Made by a program: the position numbers and the translations under genes. A DNA stretch of 64,000 bases from Hyphomicrobiales bacterium. GTDB taxonomy: Bacteria; Pseudomonadota; Alphaproteobacteria; Rhizobiales; Xanthobacteraceae. Location of the stretch: the NCBI GenBank assembly GCA_021732215.1, contig JAKFVL010000010.1:10547-74546 (forward strand). Direction: 5' to 3'. The notes beneath the pieces are model-generated. The model had not been told where the DNA came from, made no database searches, and saw only the letters and a program-made list of their open reading frames with translations. This document shows, piece after piece, positions 26,541 through 38,085 of the stretch (within the stretch, counting starts at the first letter, position 1; the number at the start of each line of letters is the position of its first letter).

Positions 26541-27074
26541 GTGACCGAGAAACGAAACAGCCCCATGCGCCGATTGATCGCCGTGACGGTGCTCGCCGCA
26601 TTGTCCGGCGCGCTCGCCGGCTGCGGCAGCTTCAGCACGCCGAATCTCGACCCATCCGATCTGTTCGATTTTCTCGATACCAAGAAGAAGTTGCCAGGCG
26701 ACCGCAAGGCCGTGTTTCCCGAAGGCGTGCCGGGCCTCGAGCAGGGCGTGCCGCGCGATCTCTACAGAGGCGCGCGTGCATCGGCGCCTCCCCAGGTCGC
26801 GCCGGAGCCGCCGCCGGTTGTCGAGCAGCCCAGACAGAAGCAGCGTAGCGCCGCACGGCCGAAGCGTGAGCCGGTTCAGCAGGAGCCTGTTCAATCCGAT
26901 GGCGACGCAGCCGCTGCCGAGGAAGGCGTCGCCGCGGCGCCGCCTGCGCCTCCGCCGCCGCGCCGCCGTACCACCCAGCGGCAGCAGCCGGTGCAGCAAC
27001 AGCAACCCGCGGCTCAGGATGCGGCGCCTGCGCCTTTCCCGGCTCCATTGCCGAGCGGCTCGTTCTCGCGCTGA
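26541..27074 (+). CDS. Pro/Gln-rich lipoprotein
   Basis: Lipobox LSGALAGC, then a low-complexity P/A/Q-rich sequence; 177 aa (alternative start 26565). Confidence 0.65.
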   Translation: MTEKRNSPMRRLIAVTVLAALSGALAGCGSFSTPNLDPSDLFDFLDTKKKLPGDRKAVFPEGVPGLEQGVPRDLYRGARASAPPQVAPEPPPVVEQPRQKQRSAARPKREPVQQEPVQSDGDAAAAEEGVAAAPPAPPPPRRRTTQRQQPVQQQQPAAQDAAPAPFPAPLPSGSFSR

Positions 27075-27134
27075 TCTCCATTTTCCAGCATTCATATTTG
27101 ACACGTCGCCCGGATTGGGCGCACGGAACACGTC

Positions 27135-28514
27135 ATGCCTTTCACCATCGCCATGATCGGCCGCCCCAACGTCGGCAAATCGACCCTGTTCAACCGTCTG
27201 GTGGGGCAGAAGCTGGCGCTCGTCGATGACCAGCCGGGTGTCACGCGCGACCGCCGCGAAGGCGAAGCGCGGCTCGGCGATCTCGAATTCACCGTCGTCG
27301 ATACGGCTGGCCTCGATGAGGGCGAGCGCGGGTCGCTGACCGCGCGGATGCGCGAGCAGACACAGACCGCCATCGATGCGGCCGATGCGCTGATGTTTGT
27401 CGTCGATGCGCGCGCGGGCGTGACGCCGGCCGACAAGGCGTTCGCCGACCTCGCGCGCCGCGCCAACAAGCCGGTGGTGCTGGTCGCCAACAAGAGCGAA
27501 GGCAAGCAGGGCACGGCGGGCGCCGCCGAAGCCTACGCGCTTGGGCTCGGCGATCCGGTGCCGATTTCGGCCGAGCACGGCGAGGGCTTGAGCGATCTCT
27601 ACGATGCGCTGCGCGTGCTGATGCCGGAACCGGATCACGACGACGATGACGAGGATGTCGACGACGACGGTGCGGAGGCTTGGGTCAATCGCCCCATCCG
27701 TGTTGCCATTGTCGGGCGGCCCAATGCCGGCAAATCGACGCTGATCAATCACCTGCTGGGAGAGGAGCGTCTGCTGACCAGCCCTGAAGCCGGCACCACA
27801 CGCGATGCGATCTCGGTCAACGTGACGTGGCAGGGCCGCGAGTTTCGCGTGTTCGACACCGCCGGGATGCGCCGCCGCGCCCGCATCGACGACATGCTCG
27901 AAAAACTCTCGGTCTCCGACACGCTGCGCGCCGTCAAATTTGCCGAAGTCGTGGTGCTGATGGTGGACGCGCAGAACAAGTTCGAGGAGCAGGATCTTCG
28001 CATTGCCGACCTGATCGAGCGCGAGGGCCGTGCGCTCGTGATCGCCGTCAACAAGACCGATCTGGTCGAGCGCAAGGGAAACTTTCTCACCGGGCTGCGC
28101 CGCGATGTCGATCATCTGCTGCCGCAGGTGAAAGGTGCACCGGTGGTCGCGGTGTCCGGCCTGATGGGCGAGGGCATCGGCCAGTTGATGAAGGCGATCG
28201 TCGAGGCCTATGCGGTGTGGAACAAGCGCGCCTCGACCAGCGCGCTCAATCGCTGGTTCGAACAAGTAGTGGCCAACAATCCGCCGCCTGCGGTGTCCGG
28301 CCGCCGGTTGCGGCTGAACTATATCACGCAGGCCAAGGCGCGGCCGCCGAGCTTCGTCGTGTTCTGCTCGCGCGCGGATGCGGTGCCGGAATCCTATCTG
28401 CGCTATCTCGTCAACAGCCTGCGCGAGGTGTTCGAACTGCCCGGTACGCCGGTGCGCATCACGCTGCGCGAGAAGGCCAATCCGTTTGCCCACAAGGCGA
28501 AGCGGAAATCATGA
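27135..28514 (+). CDS. der: ribosome biogenesis GTPase Der (EngA)
   Basis: Two tandem GTPase domains ([14 protein letters not shown]...DTAG and [14 protein letters not shown]...DTAGMR...NKTD) plus a KH-like C-terminus. Confidence 0.95.
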   Translation: MPFTIAMIGRPNVGKSTLFNRLVGQKLALVDDQPGVTRDRREGEARLGDLEFTVVDTAGLDEGERGSLTARMREQTQTAIDAADALMFVVDARAGVTPADKAFADLARRANKPVVLVANKSEGKQGTAGAAEAYALGLGDPVPISAEHGEGLSDLYDALRVLMPEPDHDDDDEDVDDDGAEAWVNRPIRVAIVGRPNAGKSTLINHLLGEERLLTSPEAGTTRDAISVNVTWQGREFRVFDTAGMRRRARIDDMLEKLSVSDTLRAVKFAEVVVLMVDAQNKFEEQDLRIADLIEREGRALVIAVNKTDLVERKGNFLTGLRRDVDHLLPQVKGAPVVAVSGLMGEGIGQLMKAIVEAYAVWNKRASTSALNRWFEQVVANNPPPAVSGRRLRLNYITQAKARPPSFVVFCSRADAVPESYLRYLVNSLREVFELPGTPVRITLREKANPFAHKAKRKS

Positions 28515-29764
28515 GCGGCGAGCCCGCGATCGCAGATCGCGTACTTGCGCCGCGCCGTGCCGCCTTCGTTTTCATTTTCATCACCGTGCTGCTGGATATG
28601 CTCGCGCTCGGGCTCATCATGCCGGTGCTGCCGAGGCTGATCGCGAGTTTCACGGGCAACGACACCGCGGACGCCGCGCGCATTTTCGGACTGTTCGCCA
28701 CCTCATGGGCGCTGATGCAGTTCATCTGCGCACCGCTGCTCGGCGCGTTGTCCGATCGTTTCGGCCGCAGGCCCGTGGTGCTGTTGTCCAATTTCGGTCT
28801 CGCGGTCGACTATATCCTGATGGCGTTCGCGCCGTCGCTGATCTGGCTGTTCATCGGCCGTCTGATGTCGGGCGCGACGGCGGCCAGCATCTCGACCTCG
28901 TTCGCCTATCTCGCCGACATCACGCCTGCCGAGAAGCGCGCGGCCGCGTTCGGCAAGGTCGGCGCTGCATTCGGCGCCGGCTTCATTCTCGGCCCCGCGG
29001 CAGGCGGCCTGCTTGGACAGATCGACCTTCATCTGCCGTTCTGGGTCGCGGCCGGTCTCGGTCTCGCCAACACGCTTTACGGTGTGTTTGTGCTGCCGGA
29101 ATCGCTGCCGCAGGAACGCCGCGCGGCGTTCAGCTGGCGCAGGGCGAACCCGGCCGGCGCGCTTTCGCTTCTGGTGACACGGCCCGGTCTTCTCGGTCTC
29201 GCGGTGGTGAATTTCGGAAGCCAGATCGCCCATACGGTTTTGCCCAGTGTCTATGTGCTGTACGCCGGCTATCGCTACGGCTGGAACGAACTGGCGATCG
29301 GTCTGTCGCTGGCATTCGTCGGCCTCGCGTCGGTGCTGACGCGCTGGTTCATCGTCGGTCCGGTTGTTGCACGGCTCGGCGAGCGCAACGCGATCATGCT
29401 CGGATTTGCATCGGGGATTTTGGGATTTATCATCATCGCATTGGTACCCAACGGATTATGGGCGATGATCTGCATCGTGCCGTTGTCGCTTTGGAGCATC
29501 GCCGATCCGGCGCTTCAGGGCATGATGACGAAGCTGGTGGGCGCGGACGAGCAGGGCCGGCTGCAGGGCGCAAATGTCAGCGTGCAGAGTATCGCGCAGC
29601 TGATCGGGCCATTCCTGTTCACACTGACATTCGCCCTGTTCATCGGAACATCCGCGCCATGGACGCTGCCGGGCGCACCGTTCCTGCTCGCAGCGGCCCT
29701 GCTGGCTCTGACGGTGACATTCGCGTCGCGCACGATCGCGGTGATCAAGTCGCCTATCGTGTGA
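28511..29764 (+). CDS. MFS transporter (TetA/DHA1-like efflux pump)
   Basis: 417 aa from the internal ATG, with an ATGA overlap with the der stop. MFS motif [15 protein letters not shown]; 12 predicted TM segments. Confidence 0.88.
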   Translation: MSGEPAIADRVLAPRRAAFVFIFITVLLDMLALGLIMPVLPRLIASFTGNDTADAARIFGLFATSWALMQFICAPLLGALSDRFGRRPVVLLSNFGLAVDYILMAFAPSLIWLFIGRLMSGATAASISTSFAYLADITPAEKRAAAFGKVGAAFGAGFILGPAAGGLLGQIDLHLPFWVAAGLGLANTLYGVFVLPESLPQERRAAFSWRRANPAGALSLLVTRPGLLGLAVVNFGSQIAHTVLPSVYVLYAGYRYGWNELAIGLSLAFVGLASVLTRWFIVGPVVARLGERNAIMLGFASGILGFIIIALVPNGLWAMICIVPLSLWSIADPALQGMMTKLVGADEQGRLQGANVSVQSIAQLIGPFLFTLTFALFIGTSAPWTLPGAPFLLAAALLALTVTFASRTIAVIKSPIV

Positions 29765-30575
29765 ACTTCCGCTTCCACAAATCCCATGCGCGGGTGTGGA
29801 TCTGATCGATCACCTTTGCTGCCTGCGCCGATTCATCGGCATCGAGGAACGTGATCGGTCCGCCGAGCGCGATTGCCTGCGATTGCATTCTCGCATTGGC
29901 GTCGGTGTAGACCGCGCGGAACACGAGCAATGGTAACGTCGGCGCGACGACGACGTTGCCGTGGCCGCGCATCAGCACGACCGCATTCTGCCCGAGCATG
30001 TCCGCCAGCGACTTGCCGAGCTTGCCGTTGCCGACCAGCATGTTGGTCGGCCCGCCCGCGGCCTGCTTGATGTCGAACACCGGCACGCCCGAGGCGAGAA
30101 ACTGCGAGACGTGATACATCGGCTGCAGTTTCACTTGCGTGTTCGCAAAGGGGATCACCGCAGGCGAATGGCTGTGCACAACGGCGTTGACGTCCGGCCG
30201 GGCGCGATAGATTTCGGCGTGGATGAAGCGCTCCAGAAAATGCGCAAAATCGGTCTTGGCGCCATGGGGTACGCCCTCGAGATCGTATTCGACGATGTCG
30301 TTGGCGGTGACGAGCGCGGGCGCGAGATTGCGTCCCATCAGGAAACGCTGCGGATTGGCCGGGTGGCGGACGCTCACGTGTCCGAATGCGTCCAGCACCT
30401 GCTGATCGGCGAGGATCAGGTTGGCGGCGACGAGATCGCCGACAACATTGAGATCGACCGGGGTCGCGGAGGTCGGAGGCGATTGCGCAAGGGGTTGCTG
30501 GGCAAAAGCCGCATGCGGCAGGATCGCCATGCAGGCCAGCAGCGCCAGCCGTCTCACAACCGATGCGCTCATCAA
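29754..30575 (-). CDS. class II aldolase/adducin-domain protein with an N-terminal signal peptide
   Basis: 273 aa. RRLALLACMAILPHAAFAQQ looks like a signal peptide. GHVSVRH...VVHSHSP...VLMRGHG are class II aldolase metal and fold motifs. Confidence 0.8.
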   Translation of the reverse strand: MMSASVVRRLALLACMAILPHAAFAQQPLAQSPPTSATPVDLNVVGDLVAANLILADQQVLDAFGHVSVRHPANPQRFLMGRNLAPALVTANDIVEYDLEGVPHGAKTDFAHFLERFIHAEIYRARPDVNAVVHSHSPAVIPFANTQVKLQPMYHVSQFLASGVPVFDIKQAAGGPTNMLVGNGKLGKSLADMLGQNAVVLMRGHGNVVVAPTLPLLVFRAVYTDANARMQSQAIALGGPITFLDADESAQAAKVIDQIHTRAWDLWKRKFTR

Positions 30576-30599
30576 TCGCCTCCCGAAGATGGGCCCTCG

Positions 30600-30977
30600 T
30601 TATTTCACTTTGGTCCAGCTGGCCGACTTGCAGATCAGCCCGCCAAGCGCGCAGCCCTGCGTCGTGAGCGTGTTGCCGGCCAGCGTCATCTTGCCGGTAT
30701 AGGTCTTGCCGTCTTCGGGGTTGAAGGCGGTGCCGCTCCATGCATTCGCGCCATTCGGCTTCATGTCATAGAAAATGCGCTGGCCCAATTTCGCCGGCGT
30801 TTCGACGCCGGGTTTCAGCCAGGTGATGGTGCCGCACACCGAGCTGCCGCAGGGCGCGAATCTGACATGCGACGCGCCGGTATCGCGCAGCCATGTCCCC
30901 GATACGTCGTCGGCGAACCCCGGCGTTGCGAGCAATACAACAGCCGCCGCGGCGATTGTGAATTTGAATGAACGCAT
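30600..30977 (-). CDS. DUF2147 domain exported protein
   Basis: 125 aa with a signal peptide. GTWL...CG..VCGTITWL...W.G..FNPEDGKTYTGKMTL is typical of DUF2147. Confidence 0.8.
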   Translation of the reverse strand: MRSFKFTIAAAAVVLLATPGFADDVSGTWLRDTGASHVRFAPCGSSVCGTITWLKPGVETPAKLGQRIFYDMKPNGANAWSGTAFNPEDGKTYTGKMTLAGNTLTTQGCALGGLICKSASWTKVK

Positions 30978-31087
30978 GGTCGATTCCTCGTGTCATTTTG
31001 GTCATGCAGGCTTGTTCGTCTGCTTGAATGGAAGTGAAGATCGGCAATCGTATGAAGTCAATATGGCGTCTTCTGGCGTCGTTGGTC

Positions 31088-31197
31088 CGTGATTCCCGAC
31101 AGCGCGTATGCGCTGATCCGGAATCCATCTCTCCGCGGGTTTGGAGCATGCGGGCCTTTGGATTCCGGGTTCGCGCTTTGCGCTCCTCGCAATGACG
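31088..31197. repeat. family-B-like palindromic element, diverged copy
   Basis: Right end CGCTCCTCGCAATGACG plus the internal inverted repeat CCGGAATCCA / TGGATTCCGG. Confidence 0.45.
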
Positions 31198-31208
31198 TCC
31201 CGCTTGAA

Positions 31209-31946
31209 CTATGCCGCCAGCGACTTCAGCGTGCGCGTGCGATAATCGTAGAGCTTGCCCGTCTCTCGCCACGACGGTGCGCACATCGGCACGATGAGGT
31301 CCGCCGCCTGATCCGGCGAATCGAGCGCGGAGGAATCTTCGCCGGGCATGATGGTTCCGCGCAGATGCGTGCGGATCGGGCCGGGATCGAACAGGTTGAC
31401 GCGCAGCGGCGTGGTCAGCGTTTCGTTGGCCCAGGTGCGGGCGAGAATGTCCAGCGCGGCTTTCGAGGCGGCATAGGGACCGCGATAAGCCGGCGCGAGA
31501 TGCGCGGCATCCGATGTGACGAACACCGCGCGGCCCGCATCGGACACCTTCAGCAGCGGGTCCATGCAGCGGATCAACTGGAAGTTGGCGTTGAGATTCA
31601 CCGCCATCAGGCTGTTCCACGGCTTCAGCTCGATGTGGCCGAGCGGCGAGGAGGGGCCGGCGACGCCCGCGTTACCGACGAGAATATCGAGCTTGCCGTG
31701 CCGCTCATGCAGCGCCGCGCCGAGCCTGGCGATGCCGTCGGTATCGGTGAGATCGAGCGGGACCAGCGTGGCGCCTGCGTTGCCGGTCTTGCGGATCGCG
31801 TCGTCGAGTTCTTCCAGTCCGCCGACCGTGCGCGCCGTCGCAATCACATGCGCGCCTTGCTTCGCCAGCGCGAGCGCGGTCGCATAGCCGATGCCGCGCG
31901 ATGCGCCGGTGACGAGAGCGATGCGGGAGGCGAGGGATTGGGTCAT
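31209..31946 (-). CDS. SDR family oxidoreductase
   Basis: TGASRGIG cofactor motif, NAG, and the YAASKAA catalytic motif; 245 aa. Confidence 0.9.
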   Translation of the reverse strand: MTQSLASRIALVTGASRGIGYATALALAKQGAHVIATARTVGGLEELDDAIRKTGNAGATLVPLDLTDTDGIARLGAALHERHGKLDILVGNAGVAGPSSPLGHIELKPWNSLMAVNLNANFQLIRCMDPLLKVSDAGRAVFVTSDAAHLAPAYRGPYAASKAALDILARTWANETLTTPLRVNLFDPGPIRTHLRGTIMPGEDSSALDSPDQAADLIVPMCAPSWRETGKLYDYRTRTLKSLAA

Positions 31947-31965
31947 TCAGATCGGTTTCGGATTT

Positions 31966-32099
31966 ACCCTCTCCCCTTGTGGGAGAGGGTGCCGAGCGAA
32001 GCGAGGCGGGTGAGGGGTGATTTATCAGGGCTCAACCCCTCACCCGGCTCGATCTCGTTTCACTCGATCTTGCCACCCTCTCCCACAAGGGGAGAGGGT
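31966..32099. repeat. family-C composite palindrome (ACCCTCTCCCCTTGTGGGAGAGGGT ... ACCCTCTCCCACAAGGGGAGAGGGT)
   Basis: Two 25-bp units (31966-31990 and 32075-32099) are exact reverse complements of each other, and each is nearly self-complementary. Central hairpin GGGTGAGGGGT / ACCCCTCACCC (32008-32045). Confidence 0.85.
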
Positions 32100-32122
32100 T
32101 CGCAAGGCCTCACGCCTGTCAG

Positions 32123-33658
32123 TTAACTCGCCTCGGCCAGCAGCGAGAGCTGGCGCGGCTGCGGCGCGGTCTCGGCGCGATCGGTCAGCGGGGTCGGGTA
32201 GTCGCCGGTGAAATAGTGATCGGTGAATTTGGGGTGCGCGGGATCGCGGCCGGGTTCGCCCATCGCGCGGTAAAGGCCGTCGATCGACAAAAACGCCAGC
32301 GAATCCGCGCCGACGACCTTCCGCATTTCTTCCAGACTGTGGGTTGCCGCAAGCAGACTTTCGCGATCCGGCATGTCGATGCCGTAGTAATCCGGATGCG
32401 TGATCGGGGGCGATGCGATGCGGAAGTGCACTTCGCTGGCGCCCGCATCGCGCATCATCTTGACGATCTTCATCGAGGTGGTGCCGCGCACGAGGCTGTC
32501 GTCGATCAGGACGATGCGTTTGCCGGCAATTGCCGCGCGGTTGGCGGAATGCTTCATGCGCACGCCAAGCTCGCGCACGCTCTGCGTCGGCTGAATGAAG
32601 GTGCGGCCGACATAATGGTTGCGGATGATGCCGAGTTCGAACGGCAATCCGGATTGATGGCTGTAGCCGATGGCGGCGGGCACGCCGGAGTCCGGCACCG
32701 GGACGACCACGTCGGCATCGATATGGCTTTCGCGTGCGAGCTGCGCGCCGATGGCCTTGCGCACGTCATAGATCGGGCGGCCGCCGAGGATGGAATCCGG
32801 CCGTGAGAAATAGATGTATTCGAACAGGCACGGCCGCGCCGGGACTGGCGGGAACGGCTTGTGGCTCTGCACGCCGCTTTCGTCGAATACGATGACTTCG
32901 CCGTTCTCGATGTCGCGGACGTATTTCGCGCCGATGATATCGAGCGCGCAGGTCTCCGACGTCAGGATCGGACAGCCGTCGAGGTCGCCGAGCACGAGCG
33001 GGCGGATGCCGAGCGGGTCGCGTGCGCCGACCAGCTTCTTGTTGGTGAGCGAAACCAGCGAGTAGGCGCCCTCAAGCGCGCGCAGCGCCTCGATGAAGCG
33101 GTCGATGAAATGGTTGCGTTTGGATTGCGCGACGAGATGCAGGATGACTTCGGTGTCGGTTGTCGATTGCATCATGGCGCCGTGGCGCACCAGCTCGCGG
33201 CGCAGCGTCAGGCCGTTGGTCAGGTTGCCGTTGTGGGCGACGGCGAAGCCGCCGGCATTCAACTCGGCGAACAGCGGCTGCACATTGCGCAGGATGGTTT
33301 CGCCCGTGGTCGAATAGCGGACATGCCCGACGGCGGAGTTGCCGGGCAGGCGATCGATCACATCGCGCTTGGAGAAGGTATCGCCGACCAGACCGAGCCG
33401 GCGTTCGGAGTGAAAGCGCTTGCTGTCGAATGAGACAATTCCGGCGGCTTCCTGGCCGCGATGCTGAAGGGCATGAAGGCCGAGGGCGGTGATGGCGGCG
33501 GCGTCGGGATGACCGAAGATGCCGAACACGCCGCATTCCTCGCGCAGCTTGTCGCCGTCGAGATCGAAGTCGTCGCTGGCAAGGTCGGGTGGCGGATTTC
33601 TGGCGTCAGTGGAGGGGCTTTTCATCGCGTCCATTGCGCCTCTCTCCGCGGGGATCAT
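32123..33658 (-). CDS. purF: amidophosphoribosyltransferase
   Basis: CGVFGIFGH Ntn nucleophile region, PRTase motif VLIDDSLVRGTT, full-length PurF similarity. The start may lie slightly downstream. Confidence 0.95.
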   Translation of the reverse strand: MIPAERGAMDAMKSPSTDARNPPPDLASDDFDLDGDKLREECGVFGIFGHPDAAAITALGLHALQHRGQEAAGIVSFDSKRFHSERRLGLVGDTFSKRDVIDRLPGNSAVGHVRYSTTGETILRNVQPLFAELNAGGFAVAHNGNLTNGLTLRRELVRHGAMMQSTTDTEVILHLVAQSKRNHFIDRFIEALRALEGAYSLVSLTNKKLVGARDPLGIRPLVLGDLDGCPILTSETCALDIIGAKYVRDIENGEVIVFDESGVQSHKPFPPVPARPCLFEYIYFSRPDSILGGRPIYDVRKAIGAQLARESHIDADVVVPVPDSGVPAAIGYSHQSGLPFELGIIRNHYVGRTFIQPTQSVRELGVRMKHSANRAAIAGKRIVLIDDSLVRGTTSMKIVKMMRDAGASEVHFRIASPPITHPDYYGIDMPDRESLLAATHSLEEMRKVVGADSLAFLSIDGLYRAMGEPGRDPAHPKFTDHYFTGDYPTPLTDRAETAPQPRQLSLLAEAS

Positions 33659-33661
33659 GCG

Positions 33662-34291
33662 CTAGCGCCCCGCTTTGCCGTCGATCAGTTGTTTCAGTCC
33701 GTCGCGGGTCGATTTGCCATAGCCACCCGTGTTGGGAGCCGGAGTCGGTTCCGCATCGGTCTGCTCTTCATCAGGCTTGGTCTTTTTGAGCCTTTTTAAA
33801 ATGGTGCTCTCGGGGTCGTCCGGCAAGACCGACTTCAGCCATTCGCCGCTGCTTTTCAGCGTCGTCAGCGTCTTGGCCTGCGCCACCCAGGTCGGCTGCT
33901 GCTTTTCCGGCACCAGCCAGTCGAAGAACAGGTAGGCGACCACAATGATCAGGAGTCCGCGGGCGAGGCCGAACACGAAACCGAGCGTGCGATCGAGCGC
34001 GCCGATCCGGGAATCGAGGATCATGTCGGAGATCCGCACCGTGATGACCGACACCACGATCAGCGTGCCGATGAAAATGCCCGCGATCACTGCAATCGTG
34101 GCAACCGTTTCGTTGCCGAAATAGCCTCTTGCGGAGGGCAGCAGTTTTGGAAATCCGTAGAGCGTGGCGATGGCGGCGGTGGCCCAGGCGGCGATCGAGA
34201 GAATCTCGCGCATGAAACCGCGGACCATTGCAAGCAGGCCCGACAAAAGCATGACGCCGAGCACGATAATGTCGAGAAGCGTAATCGGCAT
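33662..34291 (-). CDS. cvpA: colicin V production protein CvpA family membrane protein
   Basis: N-terminal LDIIVLGVMLLSGLLAMVRGFMREILS pattern and the conserved cvpA-purF arrangement. Confidence 0.88.
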   Translation of the reverse strand: MPITLLDIIVLGVMLLSGLLAMVRGFMREILSIAAWATAAIATLYGFPKLLPSARGYFGNETVATIAVIAGIFIGTLIVVSVITVRISDMILDSRIGALDRTLGFVFGLARGLLIIVVAYLFFDWLVPEKQQPTWVAQAKTLTTLKSSGEWLKSVLPDDPESTILKRLKKTKPDEEQTDAEPTPAPNTGGYGKSTRDGLKQLIDGKAGR

Positions 34292-34505
34292 TTGATCGTC
34301 AGGTCCGCTACTGGTCAGCCCGCATGCCCAATCCGGCGAATCGATTCCGATCGTGCCTGCTCAGGTGACGGCGATATCGCACATCCTGCAAGGCCAAGAA
34401 ACGGCACAGATAACCGGTTTACTCACCGATCCCATGCATTCTTAACAGAGCGTAGTGTCCGTCACCGGCCGCGCGGGCGGTATATAGCCCCCGTCAGCAA
34501 GGCCG

Positions 34506-35948
<1,443 letters not shown>

Positions 35949-35966
35949 GCAGTGCCGCGAGATTCG

Positions 35967-36698
35967 CTATGCCGGAGTGATGAAAGCGTTCCATAGCATG
36001 GATAGGCCGCAGATCAGCATCATTCCATCGAGGATGAAACGGAAACTGTCGGCGTCGAGCCGCGCCACCGCGCGTTTGGAGATGAAGGTGCCAGCCATGA
36101 TCGCCGAGCCCGCGATCAGTCCCTTGGTGACGATGTCGAGCGGTAGCGCGCCGAAGCTGCGGAACGTGATCGCCTTGCTGATGTAGAGGCCGAGCGAACT
36201 CGCGGCTTCGGTCGCGAGGAACGCGCCTTTCACCAGCCCGTAGGAGAGAAAGAAAGGAAGGTTCAGTGGCCCGGTCGAAACCACGATGCCGGTGAGATAG
36301 CCGATCAGCGCGCCTGCGATGGCGAGATGGACCAGCGTCACCTGGTAGTTTTGCGCGGTCATCCAGCGGCGCACCGGAATCATCGCAATGATGAACACGC
36401 CGATCGCAATGTCGATGATGCGGGCAGGCAGCGCCAGCAGCGTCATGGCGCCGAGTGCGGCGGCGGGTATTCCGGGAATGCTGTAGGCGGCAAACGCGCG
36501 CCAGTCGATCTCGCGCCACCACGCCAGAATACGCGACAGGTTCGCCATGATCGCGGCGATCGCCATGATCGGCACGGCTTCCTTGGGGCCGAACGCATAT
36601 GCCAGCACCGGGATCAGGATGATCGACGAGCCGGTGCCGACGATCCCCGAGATCATTCCCGCGAGGAGACCTGCGATCAGGACGAAGCCATAAGCCAA
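35967..36698 (-). CDS. TauE/SafE (TSUP) family anion exporter
   Basis: 243 aa, multi-pass. AGLLAGMISGIVGTGSSIILIPVL is typical of TSUP. Confidence 0.85.
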   Translation of the reverse strand: MAYGFVLIAGLLAGMISGIVGTGSSIILIPVLAYAFGPKEAVPIMAIAAIMANLSRILAWWREIDWRAFAAYSIPGIPAAALGAMTLLALPARIIDIAIGVFIIAMIPVRRWMTAQNYQVTLVHLAIAGALIGYLTGIVVSTGPLNLPFFLSYGLVKGAFLATEAASSLGLYISKAITFRSFGALPLDIVTKGLIAGSAIMAGTFISKRAVARLDADSFRFILDGMMLICGLSMLWNAFITPA

Positions 36699-36959
36699 TG
36701 GTGTGCTGCCGTTGTTTCCGGGATCATGCCCGTGTGCGCTGCGGGAGTTGAGAGCGAACCAAAGCGATTCTCAAGCGGCTGTGCGTTCCAGCCGACATGC
36801 TTTCCTGCCATACTCGCTTCGCGCGGTCGTTTTGGATTGCGCGTATTCGTGTCGCAAAACCGGTTTCTGCTTTTGCGGAATACGCGCGAGAACCGCAGCG
36901 CCAGATCGCGGTCACCCTCTCCGGGCAAAGGCCGCGGCAAAAAAGGGGAGTGGATCGCG

Positions 36960-38081
36960 ATGAGAGGATTGCTTGCTGCTGCCGGACTGCTGTTTGCTTC
37001 GATGCTTTCAACTGCCACGCTTCACGCGGCCGATGCGCCGAAATTCCAGGTCGATGCGGCCTGGCCGAAACCGCTGCCGAACAACTGGATCATGGGACAG
37101 GCGGCCGGTATCGCGGTCGCTCCCGACGATCGCATCTGGGTGGTGCAGCGTCCGCGCACGCTGACCGACGACGAGAAGGCCGCGAGTTTTACTCCGCCGC
37201 GCACGAAATGCTGCGTGGCCGCGCCGCCGGTGATGGAATTCGATGCGGAGGGCAATCTGCTGCGCGCGTGGGGCGGCAAGGGCGAAGGCTACGACTGGCC
37301 GCAGAACGAGCATGGCATTTTCGTCGACACCAAGGGCTTCGTCTGGCTTGCCGCCAACGGAGAAACCGACGGACAGATTCTGAAGTTCACCCGCGACGGC
37401 AAGTTCGTCATGCAGATCGGCAAGCAGGGGCCGCAGACCAACAGCCTCGACACCACGCGGCTCGGGCGTCCTGCCAACATGACGGTGGATACCGCAGCCA
37501 ACGAGGTCTACATCGCCGACGGTTATTACAACCACCGCATCGCGGTGTTCGATTCCGAGACCGGTGCGTTCAAGCGCCATTGGGGCGCTTACGGCAAGCC
37601 GCCGACTGACGACAAGCTCGCGGCATTCGATCCCAACGCCGCGCCGACGCAGCAGTTCGCCAATCCGGTGCATTGTGTGCGGATCGCGAGCGACGGCCTG
37701 GTCTACGTCTGCGACCGCACCAACAACCGCATCCAGGTGTTCAAGAAAGATGGTTCGTTCGTGAAAGAAATGTTCATCGAGAAGACCACGCTTGCCAACG
37801 GCGCGGTGTGGGATCTTGAGATCTGGCCGGATGCCAACGAAACGTTCCTGATCAACGCCGACGGCGCAAACAACGAGGTCCGCACGCTGATGCGGGACAC
37901 GGGCGAGATCGTCGGGCGCTTCGGCCGCAACGGCCGCATGGCCGGCGACTTCCACTGGATTCACAATCTGGCGCTGGATTCCAAGGGCAATATCTACACC
38001 ACCGAAGTCGACAGCGGCAAACGTGCGCAGAAATTCCTGTTCAAGGGCGACACGGTTCTGAAGAAGCGCACGGCGAACTGA
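36960..38081 (+). CDS. exported NHL-repeat beta-propeller protein
   Basis: 373 aa from the internal ATG of ORF 36327..38081, with a signal peptide. Repeated YIADGYYNHRIAVFD / VYVCDRTNNRIQVF / IYTTEVDSGKRAQKF NHL-like blades. Confidence 0.8.
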   Translation: MRGLLAAAGLLFASMLSTATLHAADAPKFQVDAAWPKPLPNNWIMGQAAGIAVAPDDRIWVVQRPRTLTDDEKAASFTPPRTKCCVAAPPVMEFDAEGNLLRAWGGKGEGYDWPQNEHGIFVDTKGFVWLAANGETDGQILKFTRDGKFVMQIGKQGPQTNSLDTTRLGRPANMTVDTAANEVYIADGYYNHRIAVFDSETGAFKRHWGAYGKPPTDDKLAAFDPNAAPTQQFANPVHCVRIASDGLVYVCDRTNNRIQVFKKDGSFVKEMFIEKTTLANGAVWDLEIWPDANETFLINADGANNEVRTLMRDTGEIVGRFGRNGRMAGDFHWIHNLALDSKGNIYTTEVDSGKRAQKFLFKGDTVLKKRTAN

Positions 38082-38085
38082 AGGT

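Noticed and set aside
36327-36959. A 211-codon upstream extension of the NHL-repeat ORF is present. Analogous upstream extensions occur at 27827..28510 (before the MFS gene), 17553..17939 (before the TPR gene) and 45586..45810 (before the TetR gene).
   Set aside because: The extensions run antisense to, or out of frame with, well-supported genes or through non-coding spacers. They are Arg-rich and end where a signal peptide or conserved N-terminus with a proper ATG begins.
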